Shown here in pieces: positions 19,661 through 29,152 of a stretch of DNA of 64,000 bases. Numbering within the stretch: position 1 is the first letter of the stretch; every line of letters starts with the position of its first letter. Under the pieces are notes generated by a model. It saw nothing but the letters and a program-made list of their open reading frames with translations. It made no database searches and was not told the DNA's origin. This DNA comes from Alphaproteobacteria bacterium UBA3768. Its GTDB lineage: Bacteria > Pseudomonadota > Alphaproteobacteria > CAAHEQ01 > UBA3637. A program made the translations under genes and the position numbers. The stretch covers positions 29,785 to 93,784 of the forward strand of contig DFFU01000004.1 of NCBI GenBank assembly GCA_002372315.1, read 5' to 3'.

Positions 19661-20221
19661 TTAAATCTTTTTTGTCTTTTTCAAAAAATTTAAAAATCCT
19701 TTGATATAAGGTTCTGGAACGTTGAAAGGTATTTGTATACTCTTACCATATAACTTAAAACTCATTCCTGTTTTATGATTTTTAATATAAGCTTGCGTAA
19801 GATCTAAAGTATAAATTTCCTCTGTAATAGCTTGACCATAAACCACTGTTTTTACATCTGAGCTATATCTTTCTAGTGGAAATTTTTTCCCTTCTGAATC
19901 ATAGGCGTATTCAAAAAATGACCAACCATGATTGTTGAGATATTGGAAAATTAGTGAAATTTTTGTGTTAGAGTTTTTGGTTTCCGATAGAAAACGGTAA
20001 TTGATTGATTTATTGCTATCGAAGAGCTTATGCTCTGCACCTTCAGTCGTCCAACTGGAAGATACCCATTCAGCTTTACAAGTTGTTGTTTTTGAAAAAT
20101 TATCCTCTTCGCATAAAATGGTATTTTCTGCACTTTCTTCATTTGTAAGATAATCTGGAATCGTGCTTGTGCATCCAACAAGAACAAACGATAAGATGAG
20201 TGATGTTAGATATTTTTTCAT
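19661..20221 (-). CDS. hypothetical lipoprotein
   Basis: MKKYLTSLILSFVLVGC lipobox; AAGGAG RBS before ATG 20221. Confidence 0.5.
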   Translation of the reverse strand: MKKYLTSLILSFVLVGCTSTIPDYLTNEESAENTILCEEDNFSKTTTCKAEWVSSSWTTEGAEHKLFDSNKSINYRFLSETKNSNTKISLIFQYLNNHGWSFFEYAYDSEGKKFPLERYSSDVKTVVYGQAITEEIYTLDLTQAYIKNHKTGMSFKLYGKSIQIPFNVPEPYIKGFLNFLKKTKKI

Positions 20222-20402
20222 ATTTGCTCCTTTTTGCCTAAATATTATCTTATAGCAGGATAAAATGCAATATATTTTGTTATGATAATAAAAAAATTTC
20301 GAATTATCTATAATGATGCCCAAAAAGAACAGAATGTCGCTTTATATTGACTTTTGGACAAAAATAAGCTATAAAAAACTACATAACAATAAGAGGAAAC
20401 AA

Positions 20403-20552
20403 ATGGACAAAAACGAGTATTTAGAAAAATGTATGTCAGTTGCTAATGTGTTAGCCAAAATTATCAATGGGATGGATGTATCTCGTGAAGAACGATTGAA
20501 GGCGTTTTTAGACGCTGTTGAAGTTTTGAATTACGAAAAATCACTCAAATAG
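20403..20552 (+). CDS. small hypothetical protein (doubtful)
   Basis: short ORF in an AT-rich intergenic stretch with an imperfect hairpin downstream. Confidence 0.2.
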   Translation: MDKNEYLEKCMSVANVLAKIINGMDVSREERLKAFLDAVEVLNYEKSLK

Positions 20553-20725
20553 CTCGCGTTCGGCAAGATACCCCTCACCATCTCAAAAGCCTTATTTTTC
20601 AGGCTTTTCATAAAAAGACTCCTGTTAAACACAAGGGGTCTTTTAATTTTACGAAATCTAATAAAATCAATAACTTACAAAATCAAGACATACTCAAAAA
20701 AGCCATTATCGCAGATACCCTCAAA

Positions 20726-20749
20726 AAGTGTGATGCAAAGTGTGATGCA
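20726..20749. repeat. perfect 12-bp tandem duplication (AAGTGTGATGCA x2) in an intergenic region
   Basis: read directly in the sequence. Confidence 0.4.
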
Positions 20750-20870
20750 TTTTGGAAAAATTCTCAACTTTTTTCACCGAAATTTCATATTTGGCTTCGT
20801 AAAAATGTATTCTATATTGTTTTCAACAAAATGGATACGCGCAATTAAAATTTACATTTTCACCAATAAA

Positions 20871-20897
20871 AAAGGACTTGCTAAACAGAAGTCCTTT
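20871..20897. terminator. bidirectional hairpin terminator (AAAGGACTT-loop-AAGTCCTTT) downstream of the amidase gene
   Basis: 9-bp perfect stem flanked by A-run and T-run. Confidence 0.5.
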
Positions 20898-20913
20898 TGG
20901 TATTTTTAATCGT

Positions 20914-21798
20914 CTAACGCATTTTGGTGCGAGACATTTGATAAATTTTTGCAACTTCTTGCAGGCGTTGAACCTCTGATGGAGTTACAGAGATTTTTTG
21001 TGGTAACAATTTGGCCATGTTTTCGCTGTAATTTTCCATAAATTTAAGCGTTGCTTTTTCATCAGATCCAGTTGCTTCATATTTTAAAGCATCAGGCATA
21101 AAACGACGTTTAAAAGCTTGCATTGTCGCGGGCATATTTTCAGTGTCATATCCAATTATTTGTAATAATTCTTTCGGATTAGAGGAGGGAACTCGTTCGT
21201 TTCCTTTTTCTGGATACAATCCAATACCTTCTTTTGACAATTCCATCCATGGGAATAAACGACCAGGATCCGCTTTACCCACAGGATTGATGTCGCTGTG
21301 TCCAATGACGTTGTGTGGTGGAATATGGTGACGTGCAATGATACTATTACATAAAGGAATTAAACTGTTCATCGCGGCATCTGTATAATGTGTGGCTGCC
21401 CCAAATGTTGGATTTTCAATTTCAATTCCGATGGAATGGGCATTCATATTGTTTTCCCGACCGCCAACTTTATCCCAAAAGGCGGGGTAGGCGTGATAGG
21501 CACGTTTACTTTCGTCCACACATTGCAAAATGGTACCATCTTTATGAATCACATAGTGAGCACTTAATCCGCGTCTGTCTAAAACATTTTCAATATCTGG
21601 TTCACACGAACAATGTAAAACCAAATGATCAATTTCAATGGGGGCACCGGTGCCTTTATTAATTCTCTCATTAAAATGATCAATTTTCTTTTCAGGATCA
21701 TTGATTAAAGGGTGTTGAATGATTTGAATACCACGCATAAATAGATCGTCAGCAGGAACATTCATTTGATGATTTAAATGAAAAAAAGACGAAAACAT
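20914..21798 (-). CDS. N-acetylmuramoyl-L-alanine amidase, AmpD/Amidase_2 (PGRP-like) family, with a C-terminal extension
   Basis: Amidase_2-like core (DHLVLHCS...AYHA) and an additional C-terminal domain. Confidence 0.7.
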   Translation of the reverse strand: MFSSFFHLNHQMNVPADDLFMRGIQIIQHPLINDPEKKIDHFNERINKGTGAPIEIDHLVLHCSCEPDIENVLDRRGLSAHYVIHKDGTILQCVDESKRAYHAYPAFWDKVGGRENNMNAHSIGIEIENPTFGAATHYTDAAMNSLIPLCNSIIARHHIPPHNVIGHSDINPVGKADPGRLFPWMELSKEGIGLYPEKGNERVPSSNPKELLQIIGYDTENMPATMQAFKRRFMPDALKYEATGSDEKATLKFMENYSENMAKLLPQKISVTPSEVQRLQEVAKIYQMSRTKMR

Positions 21799-21827
21799 AA
21801 AATACTCCTTTTTAATCTGTAGGAAGT

Positions 21828-21856
21828 ATTATAGCATAAAAACACACTTTTGTCAA
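21828..21856 (-). promoter_or_regulatory. consensus sigma70 promoter (TTGACA-N17-TATAAT on the minus strand) for the amidase gene; its -35 is one arm of the palindrome TTGTCAA-TAAATG-TTGACAA (21850-21869)
   Basis: read directly in the sequence; AAAGGAG RBS precedes ATG 21798. Confidence 0.5.
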
Positions 21857-21890
21857 TAAATGTTGACAAAATATTTTTCAAAGAAGTTCT

Positions 21891-22685
21891 TTATTTTCCA
21901 AGTCCATTTAGATTTGTCATTATTGCTGCTGCAACAATATCTTTTGTGGCTCCTTTGGCTAATTTTCCTGCCGTCTTACCAACAATTCCATCACCAAGAA
22001 CTTTTTCTGTTCCTTTTTGAGCAACTGAACCTACAACATCACCTGCTGTATCAGCAACGGCTTTTTCAACATTATGTATTCCTTTTGAAGCATCAGTTGC
22101 AGTTTTTACCCACGTATTATTCAAACCTTTTGATAAAGCATCACTTCCTTTATTTGATGCATCCTCTATTGTATTTGTTAGATTTGGCATTTGAGGGATG
22201 TTTGGGGGAGAATAGAGGCTTTCTTGTTCTGAGTTTTTGGCCTTTTGATTTTCATTTTTGGAATCATTCGTGTCTTGAAATTCGCTTTGTGCAGAATTTT
22301 CTCCATGAATTTCCATCTCATGAGCCACTTCATCGATTCTGTCTTCCAATTTACCAGCAGTTACACTCAATTGTTCCGAACCTAAACCAGCATGAACCAA
22401 ATCATCTGAAAGATTGTGATGTTTGGCTAGTTTTTCCTGAAAATCCTTAACAGTTTTTAAATTTGTATCCCTTTTTTCTTTAGTAATTTTATGGGGATCC
22501 TGTGTCATAATGGCATCATAAACTTCTAATATTTCACGCGCTTCATTAGCCGCTTGCGTAGCACTTTTTCCCGTGATATCTTCAATACTTTTCTGGGCGA
22601 TTTGTTTTTGAGCATTTTCTTTGCTGATACCTTTTTCCTTTTGTAATTTTGTAATTTTTTCTTTTCTTTTAGAGTTTTCTGACAT
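21891..22685 (-). CDS. hypothetical hydrophilic Lys/Glu/Ala-rich protein with no signal peptide
   Basis: AAGGAG RBS 6 nt before ATG 22685; low-complexity composition and a Gly/Lys-rich C-terminus. Confidence 0.5.
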   Translation of the reverse strand: MSENSKRKEKITKLQKEKGISKENAQKQIAQKSIEDITGKSATQAANEAREILEVYDAIMTQDPHKITKEKRDTNLKTVKDFQEKLAKHHNLSDDLVHAGLGSEQLSVTAGKLEDRIDEVAHEMEIHGENSAQSEFQDTNDSKNENQKAKNSEQESLYSPPNIPQMPNLTNTIEDASNKGSDALSKGLNNTWVKTATDASKGIHNVEKAVADTAGDVVGSVAQKGTEKVLGDGIVGKTAGKLAKGATKDIVAAAIMTNLNGLGK

Positions 22686-22755
22686 GAGCTTCTCCTTTAT
22701 TTTTACCAAAATCTATATGTATGTAAGCAGAATAAAATTAAAAAGTCAATAATTT

Positions 22756-25377
22756 TTAATGAGCATCACGCCAATTATGACCAATACCAACCTCGGCGAC
22801 TAAGGGGACAGAAAGATGAATCACTTTTTCCATATTTTCTTTGATTATTCTTTGGGCTTTTTCAATATCTTTTTCTGCCACTTCAAAAATCAGTTCATCA
22901 TGCACTTGTAAGAGCATTGTGATATCTAAGCCAGAATCCTTTATAATTTTGTTGATACGAATCATGGCCATTTTGATGATATCAGCGGCACCTCCTTGAA
23001 TAGGCGCATTTATAGCAGATCGATGTGCAAATTGACGTGTCGCAGTGTTATTAAGGCCTGTAATATAAATTCTTCGTCCTAGTGGTGTCTGAACATAGCC
23101 ATGGGTATCCACAAATTGAATGGTGTGTTCCATATACCTTTTTATCTCAGGATATTGGCTAAAGTATGATTCAATATAACGATTAGCTTCAGTACGAGAT
23201 ATTCCTAAATTCCTAGCTAATCCAAAAGCTGAAATACCATAAATGATTCCAAAATTGACTGCTTTGGCTTGACGACGTTGATCTGGGGTAATTTCATTTA
23301 AAGGAACACCGAGGATCTGACTGGCAGTACGTGCATGAATATCTTCACCATGAATAAAAGATTCTTTTAATTTATGAACATTGGCAACATCCGCCATCAA
23401 TCTCAATTCAATTTGGGAATAATCCGCAGAAAGTAGTTGATAACCAGATTTGGCGACAAAGGCTTGGCGAATATTTTTACCATCTTCAGATCGTATAGGA
23501 ATGTTTTGTAAATTGGGGTTAGCTGAGGCTAAACGCCCAGTATTTGTATTTGTTAAAAAATAGGTCGTATGAATACGTGCATCTGATTGATTTCTTTGTA
23601 ATAAATCATCAATATAGGTTGATTTTAATTTTGTCAAAGCACGATATTTTAAGATTAACTTTACCAATTCATCATCATTTTCTTCGGCCAATTTTTCCAA
23701 GACTTTGACATCTGTAATCCAATGTCCTGAACTTCCTTTTTTACCGCCAGCTAATCCCCTTTGTTCAAATAAAATAACACCTAATTGGGCAGGAGAATTA
23801 ATATTGAAATCATTATTTGTAATAGAATGGATTTTATCGGATAACTCATTAATTTTTTGTGTTAGGATTTTATCCAAATTTTTTAGTTGTTCTGTATCTG
23901 TTAAAATACCTTCTTTTTCCATTTGAAATAGAATGGGAATCAGTGGAAGATCAATATTTTTATATATTTCCCACAGTCTCATTTCTTCTAATTTATTACG
24001 CAGAATAGGGGTAAGTTGGATTAGAATTGATGAAAAATATTCTTCTTTAAACTCTGACAAATGGCAATAATGCTGAATAATTTCGGATGGACTATTATTG
24101 CTCAGTCCATCCAAGTTATAGGCCATTAATTGAACATCATGATAGGGTTGAGACACAGACAGCCCCAAATTATCTAATAGATGCATGTTTGACTTTATGT
24201 CAAAAGCATACTTTACAATGGGAAGATTAAATAATTTTTGAATGGCTTTTAAGGTTTTTATATCTATGGTTTCTTTTGTAAAACCAAATAAATCTGAAGA
24301 TCTTTGTGATTGTAATGACAAGTGAAAAAGTTGGTTTGTTTGGTACGATACATATAAATCAGTCAACTGATTATTTTGAGATTTAAGTGAAAAAGCAAAG
24401 CTTTTTTCGTCCATACAACATGAAATAATATTTTGAATTTCTTGTTCATTATTTATTTCTTGAATTGAAGCATCGGACGTAACAGGAACATTTGTTTGAA
24501 GAATAGATTGCGTAAATTTAGTATTTAATTTTTTTATTAAACTTGGAAAATTATTTTCTTGTAAAAAGGGTATGAGCTTATTGTGATCAATCTGTTGCCG
24601 ATTAAAATCAGATAATTGCCAGTAAACAGGGACATGTTGGTCTAAGGAAACCAATTTCTTAGAAATGAAAACTTTTTCTTTATCTTGTATTAGTTTTTCT
24701 CTCTGTTTTTCAGATTTAATTTCATCTAAATGTGTGTATAGATTTTCAATGGTTCCAAAACGTTGAATAAGTGTCGCGGCAGTTTTAGGACCAATCCCAC
24801 TGGCCCCAGGAACATTATCGGTGCTATCGCCCATCAAGGATTGAACCTCTATAACTTTACTCGGCAAAACACCAAATTTGTTGATAACATCTTGTTCTAA
24901 CAGGTCCTTTTTTTTCATCGGATCATGTAAAACAACACCTTCTTGGATTAATTGCATGAGATCTTTATCTGCAGAAATAACACGTACATTTTGATGGTTT
25001 TCATGGGCGATACGAACATAAGTGGCAATAAGATCATCTGCTTCATAGCCTTCCATCTCAATCCACTTTACATTGAGTGCATCACAAGATGCTCGAATCA
25101 GTGAAAACTGGGGAATAAGCTCTGTTGGTGTGTCTAAGCGATTTGCTTTATATTCTGGATAAATTTTATTTCTAAAATTTTCTCTTTTGGCATCGAATAC
25201 AACAACAATTTGTTGACATGCACTGTCTTGCAATAAGTTCATCATCATAGATGTAAAACCATAAACCGCATTCGTGGGGACACCATCATCACGGTGCATT
25301 AGGGGGAGCGCATAAAATGCCCGAAAAATATATCCAGAACCATCAATCAAACAAAGTGTTGGATTGGGGACGGACAT
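22756..25377 (-). CDS. polA: DNA polymerase I
   Basis: 5'-3' exonuclease N-terminus (LIDGSGYIFRAFYA) and family A polymerase motifs (RRQAKAVNFGIIYG; LLQVHDELIFE). Confidence 0.9.
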   Translation of the reverse strand: MSVPNPTLCLIDGSGYIFRAFYALPLMHRDDGVPTNAVYGFTSMMMNLLQDSACQQIVVVFDAKRENFRNKIYPEYKANRLDTPTELIPQFSLIRASCDALNVKWIEMEGYEADDLIATYVRIAHENHQNVRVISADKDLMQLIQEGVVLHDPMKKKDLLEQDVINKFGVLPSKVIEVQSLMGDSTDNVPGASGIGPKTAATLIQRFGTIENLYTHLDEIKSEKQREKLIQDKEKVFISKKLVSLDQHVPVYWQLSDFNRQQIDHNKLIPFLQENNFPSLIKKLNTKFTQSILQTNVPVTSDASIQEINNEQEIQNIISCCMDEKSFAFSLKSQNNQLTDLYVSYQTNQLFHLSLQSQRSSDLFGFTKETIDIKTLKAIQKLFNLPIVKYAFDIKSNMHLLDNLGLSVSQPYHDVQLMAYNLDGLSNNSPSEIIQHYCHLSEFKEEYFSSILIQLTPILRNKLEEMRLWEIYKNIDLPLIPILFQMEKEGILTDTEQLKNLDKILTQKINELSDKIHSITNNDFNINSPAQLGVILFEQRGLAGGKKGSSGHWITDVKVLEKLAEENDDELVKLILKYRALTKLKSTYIDDLLQRNQSDARIHTTYFLTNTNTGRLASANPNLQNIPIRSEDGKNIRQAFVAKSGYQLLSADYSQIELRLMADVANVHKLKESFIHGEDIHARTASQILGVPLNEITPDQRRQAKAVNFGIIYGISAFGLARNLGISRTEANRYIESYFSQYPEIKRYMEHTIQFVDTHGYVQTPLGRRIYITGLNNTATRQFAHRSAINAPIQGGAADIIKMAMIRINKIIKDSGLDITMLLQVHDELIFEVAEKDIEKAQRIIKENMEKVIHLSVPLVAEVGIGHNWRDAH

Positions 25378-25378
25378 T

Positions 25379-25753
25379 CTATTTTGTCTCTTTTTCTTCA
25401 GTTGACATATTGGCATATGCTTCTTGGCAGTGTTTTTGACAGTATGGTTTTCCTGTCACAGTTTGCTTTCCACAGAAACAAAAATCCTCATCCTTTGGAT
25501 CACCAATCGGCCAACGACAGGTCGTTAATTTCAAATCCATTAATCCTATTTTTTCTAAAACTTTTTGTGGGATCTTTTTTTGTTTAACGTTCTCTAATTT
25601 AATGGGGGAGGGACGAACTTTCAAATTTAACCGATGTACTTTTCCAATGATAGAATTCTTTGACATCCCCAAAAATTTTGCAATCTCAGCCGTTGGCTTA
25701 CCTGATTGCCACATTTTTTTTAATTTTTTTATTTTATCTTCCGTCCACACCAT
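25379..25753 (-). CDS. gcrA: cell-cycle transcriptional regulator GcrA
   Basis: MVWTEDKIKKLKKMWQSGKPTAEIAKFLG..IGKVHRLNL N-terminal signature and conserved C-terminal Cys/His region. Confidence 0.8.
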   Translation of the reverse strand: MVWTEDKIKKLKKMWQSGKPTAEIAKFLGMSKNSIIGKVHRLNLKVRPSPIKLENVKQKKIPQKVLEKIGLMDLKLTTCRWPIGDPKDEDFCFCGKQTVTGKPYCQKHCQEAYANMSTEEKETK

Positions 25754-25776
25754 GAAAACTCCTTTTCTTTCTTGGT

Positions 25777-25805
25777 AGTATAATCTAAAAAAATATTTTT
25801 GTCAA
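25777..25805 (-). promoter_or_regulatory. consensus sigma70 promoter (TTGACA-N17-TATACT, minus strand) for gcrA
   Basis: read directly in the sequence; AAGGAG RBS before the gcrA ATG. Confidence 0.5.
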
Positions 25806-26596
25806 TCAGAATAAATTTCAGAATTTAGCATTACTTCAAATCCACTTTTTTTGAATATGTATGGTATCAATGAAAAATAGTTTCTTACCAAATCACTTTC
25901 ACGACTTATAGATGGATTTTCCCCATTTTTATATTGTCGGTATATTTGGGCAATTTTATCTGTATATTCTGCAAAACTTTGTGCGGAGAGATAGCCTTCT
26001 TTTTTTAACTTTTCGCTAACTTGATCAGGATGATTTATCACGAGTTGAGTCATGTATATCTCAGAATTTTTTTTCAAGGATTCTTTTTGTTGTGGGGATA
26101 AAGAAGCGTATATTATATCTAGACCGTTTTTAAATTGAATCAATGATTCTGAAGGAACAAGGACATCGCCGTTCATAGGATTTTTTTTAAGAAAATTGGT
26201 AAAAAGTTGATGAGGATTGCCTTCTGAAGTCTCTGTATTCTTTTCACCCCACATCTCTGGTGCTAAAAAGTAGTAAAATTGGGCAGGTAAATATTCCAAT
26301 AACTCTGGATCATTTTGGAATCTCTTGGCAATGCGCGTTGGGCGTTTTCCCTTCCATACTAAAACATCTGGATGTGTTTTGATTTTTTTGGGAATAGATT
26401 GTTTCTCTGACAGCATGGGAAATATATATTGACGTTGTTCAAATGGAGTTTGCAATAAGAATTCCAATAGTTCATCTTGATGTTTTACTAGTTCTTGGCG
26501 ATGTTGTTTAGCACGTTCTCCAATATCTATTTCTTGGGCAAAAATTTTGTTTGAAAAAGCCAAAACAGTCATGAATAAAAAAAGTATTTTTCTCAT
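25802..26596 (-). CDS. hypothetical secreted protein (signal peptide)
   Basis: MRKILFLFMTVLAFSNKIFAQE signal; overlaps the upstream ORF by 4 nt. Confidence 0.5.
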   Translation of the reverse strand: MRKILFLFMTVLAFSNKIFAQEIDIGERAKQHRQELVKHQDELLEFLLQTPFEQRQYIFPMLSEKQSIPKKIKTHPDVLVWKGKRPTRIAKRFQNDPELLEYLPAQFYYFLAPEMWGEKNTETSEGNPHQLFTNFLKKNPMNGDVLVPSESLIQFKNGLDIIYASLSPQQKESLKKNSEIYMTQLVINHPDQVSEKLKKEGYLSAQSFAEYTDKIAQIYRQYKNGENPSISRESDLVRNYFSLIPYIFKKSGFEVMLNSEIYSD

Positions 26597-27837
26597 TGTT
26601 CCTCCTTATTTTTATGCATTTTATGAACTAACGCTTGTCTGGGATACAGAATATACATGTCGGTACAAATGATACAAATAACTATTAACAAAAATAATGC
26701 CATCAAATAATAAAAGGGTAAAAATATTTGGAAAATGTATGATGATAAAAAGGTAAGAAACAACAGAAAAATAGAGCCAATTGTAATTTCGCCACAACGA
26801 TAAAACCAGCAGATAATTGGGTTTGTTGATATTTTTTTAAAGCGTTTGAGTAAACGTGATAAGTCTAAAAAATAAATTTCAAGAGCTGATAAAATAAAGT
26901 AAATAAGTATAATGGTAAATGAGATACAAAAAAGGATTTCTTTCGTCATAGAAAATGGAATATTATTTTGATAAGGGGCTAAATCGTTTTGTTCTCCGGA
27001 TAGCTGAATTTGTGTAAAAGCTGGTAGAATATGATTGTTTTTAAAAAAGATATTGCCTTGTTCGTCTGTATTGAAATCAAAATTTTGGGGGATTTCTAAA
27101 TTGTTATTTCCCAATAAAAATTGAGGATTTTTAACACCTGTTTTTCCGTTTAAAATTATACCTGAAAAATTGTCTATTACTAAAGGCCACGAATTGGAAA
27201 TCAATGGTAAAATAAAATTTTTGTCGTGTTTATAATACAGTACGTAATTCAATAAAATTTTGTGTAATCCAGGCTTTAAAGATTCAAAATTAAGTTGTGT
27301 ATTTTCCTTGTTTAAACTTATGTATTTCCCATCAATTTGGATGCTCATAAAAGAAATATTTTGTTGAGAAAATAAGGGCCAAGATCTCAAGAGAGGCATA
27401 TCTTCTGTGATAACAAATTGGATACTTTCTTGAATGCTTACTGAATCATTATCCATCGGTTGGATAATAAAATTCCAATCAGAGGTGTGATTGACATATT
27501 TTATCTCTTTTGTATGTCCAAAAAAATTTGTTGTGATAATACCTCTTTCCCTTGTTGAATCGTCTGGAAAAGAAGAGGTGTCATCTAAGTGTGGAACATA
27601 AGAATTATTGGGGATTTCCATTGAACCAAACAATTTAATTTTCATTTCATCCATCCAAGTCTCAGGTTGTGGTTTATCGGAAATACCTTGGATATACACT
27701 AAAGCCCCCCCCTTAAAATTTTTGGGTTTATTATTAAAAACAAGGTTGGGATTATTTTCTGAAAAAGTATCAATCGTTACTTCTTGGGCAAGAACTGGAA
27801 AAATAATTAAGCCAAAAATAATCAATAATTTCTTCAT
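26593..27837 (-). CDS. hypothetical protein: signal peptide, ~300-aa periplasmic domain, C-terminal polytopic TM region
   Basis: hydropathy read from the translation; overlaps the nth start by 4 nt. Confidence 0.5.
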   Translation of the reverse strand: MKKLLIIFGLIIFPVLAQEVTIDTFSENNPNLVFNNKPKNFKGGALVYIQGISDKPQPETWMDEMKIKLFGSMEIPNNSYVPHLDDTSSFPDDSTRERGIITTNFFGHTKEIKYVNHTSDWNFIIQPMDNDSVSIQESIQFVITEDMPLLRSWPLFSQQNISFMSIQIDGKYISLNKENTQLNFESLKPGLHKILLNYVLYYKHDKNFILPLISNSWPLVIDNFSGIILNGKTGVKNPQFLLGNNNLEIPQNFDFNTDEQGNIFFKNNHILPAFTQIQLSGEQNDLAPYQNNIPFSMTKEILFCISFTIILIYFILSALEIYFLDLSRLLKRFKKISTNPIICWFYRCGEITIGSIFLLFLTFLSSYIFQIFLPFYYLMALFLLIVICIICTDMYILYPRQALVHKMHKNKEEQ

Positions 27838-28478
27838 TTTTTGATCTTTTCATCTGATAAACAAACATTATATACAGGGCAATCAAAGCACTTTGGCTTT
27901 CTTGCAGTACAAATGTAACGTCCCAATAATACCATGGCTAACGCAAAAGTTGGTTTATATTTTGGTGGAACTATTTTTTCTAATTTATTTTGAACTTCGT
28001 GTGGCGTTTTCCCTGTACAAAATTTTAAGCGATGAGCCAAACGAAAAACATGAGTATCAACACCAATATAGGGGGCTTTATAGGCTACATTTAAAAAAAC
28101 ACTTGCTGTTTTTCGTCCAATTCCTGGTAACCCCGTTAATGTTTTAAAATCAGTTGGTATTTTTCCATTATAGTCATGAACTATTTTATCGGCTAAATTA
28201 ACAATGGACTTTGTTTTATTATTAAAGTAGTTGACTGATCTGACCAAAGGGGTAATTCCTTCAATTCCTAATCTTAAAGTCTTTTCGGGAGTATTGGCAA
28301 CTGCAAACAGATGAGGGGTTGTATTATTGACGTTTTTATCAGTTGATTGTGCGGATAAAATAATAGCCATCATCAATTCCCACTCGTTTGACCAATTAAG
28401 TTCGCACTTTGGGTGAGGATATGCTTGATTTAATGCTTCTATAAATTGTATACATTGTTTTTCGTTCATTAAAGACAT
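27834..28478 (-). CDS. nth: endonuclease III
   Basis: HhH-GPD motif (LPGIGRKTASV) and C-terminal 4Fe-4S Cys cluster (C..C..C..C). Confidence 0.85.
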   Translation of the reverse strand: MSLMNEKQCIQFIEALNQAYPHPKCELNWSNEWELMMAIILSAQSTDKNVNNTTPHLFAVANTPEKTLRLGIEGITPLVRSVNYFNNKTKSIVNLADKIVHDYNGKIPTDFKTLTGLPGIGRKTASVFLNVAYKAPYIGVDTHVFRLAHRLKFCTGKTPHEVQNKLEKIVPPKYKPTFALAMVLLGRYICTARKPKCFDCPVYNVCLSDEKIKK

Positions 28479-28721
28479 CTAATTTTCCTCATCCAATGAT
28501 TCAATGTTGATAGGCTGTCCTTGTTTATTTAAGGTTAATTTTTCAACTTTCATCTGTGCTTCGACTAATTTTTTTTCACACAGCTTTTTCAATTGAATGC
28601 CCTCTTCATAAACTTTAACAGCATCTTCCAATTTAGTTTGCCCCGATTCTAGTTGAGCAACAATTTTTTCTAATTTTTCAAGCGCCTCCTCAAAGGAGAG
28701 TTCCTTTATTTTTTCTGACAT
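28479..28721 (-). CDS. xseB: exodeoxyribonuclease VII small subunit
   Basis: 80-aa protein with the typical XseB sequence (FEEALEKLEKIV..LE.G...LE). Confidence 0.8.
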   Translation of the reverse strand: MSEKIKELSFEEALEKLEKIVAQLESGQTKLEDAVKVYEEGIQLKKLCEKKLVEAQMKVEKLTLNKQGQPINIESLDEEN

Positions 28722-29119
28722 TTTTTACTCCTTTTTGTTGCACACTTTTTTTGACATCCTTCTGATTTAGTATGCTCAGAACAACAATGCTCCTGTGAAG
28801 TATGTTCACAGCAACAACAGTGAAGGTTATGAAGTGCAGATTTTGGATGAGGTTTAGTCTTCAACTCTAATTCTTTTGTAGCGAGTTGATTCATTAAATC
28901 CCACATCATCTCACGTGTATCCGATAACATTTGAATAGCTGTTATTTCTGATGCTTGAGCCTCTAGTTCATCTAATAATTTTTCCATTTTATCTTGTAAT
29001 TTAAAAGCTTTTTGTCCTAAAATTTGCATCTCTTCCCATAATAACTTTGGGTTATTTGCAACCTTTACCATCATTTTTAAATTATGAATGTGGTGGGCCA
29101 ACTCTGTTTCTTTTGTCAT
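28706..29119 (-). CDS. hypothetical protein with a Cys/His-rich C-terminal tail (CCCCEH..HCCSEH..C..C); putative metal-binding
   Basis: ORF overlapping the xseB start by 16 nt; helical N-terminal part, metal-ligand-rich basic tail. Confidence 0.45.
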   Translation of the reverse strand: MTKETELAHHIHNLKMMVKVANNPKLLWEEMQILGQKAFKLQDKMEKLLDELEAQASEITAIQMLSDTREMMWDLMNQLATKELELKTKPHPKSALHNLHCCCCEHTSQEHCCSEHTKSEGCQKKCATKRSKKCQKK

Positions 29120-29152
29120 TTTACTCTCCTTTTTAAGCAGTATAAAACAAAT

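Noticed and set aside
19384-20600. Possible genomic island integrated at tRNA-Lys (lipoprotein gene plus small ORF downstream)
   Set aside because: No integrase, and no convincing direct repeat of the tRNA 3' end downstream (only a weak GGTTCGATT match at ~19517).
20553-20913. Possible small RNA or CRISPR-like repeats in the 360-bp intergenic region
   Set aside because: Only a single 12-bp tandem duplication and two terminator-like hairpins; no repeat-spacer periodicity and no cas genes. An sRNA cannot be supported from sequence alone.
21860-22450. 196-aa plus-strand ORF with repetitive Leu/Gln/His-rich translation
   Set aside because: Entirely antisense to the better-supported minus-strand gene 21891-22685; its composition is the mirror of that gene's K/E-rich codons; no RBS.
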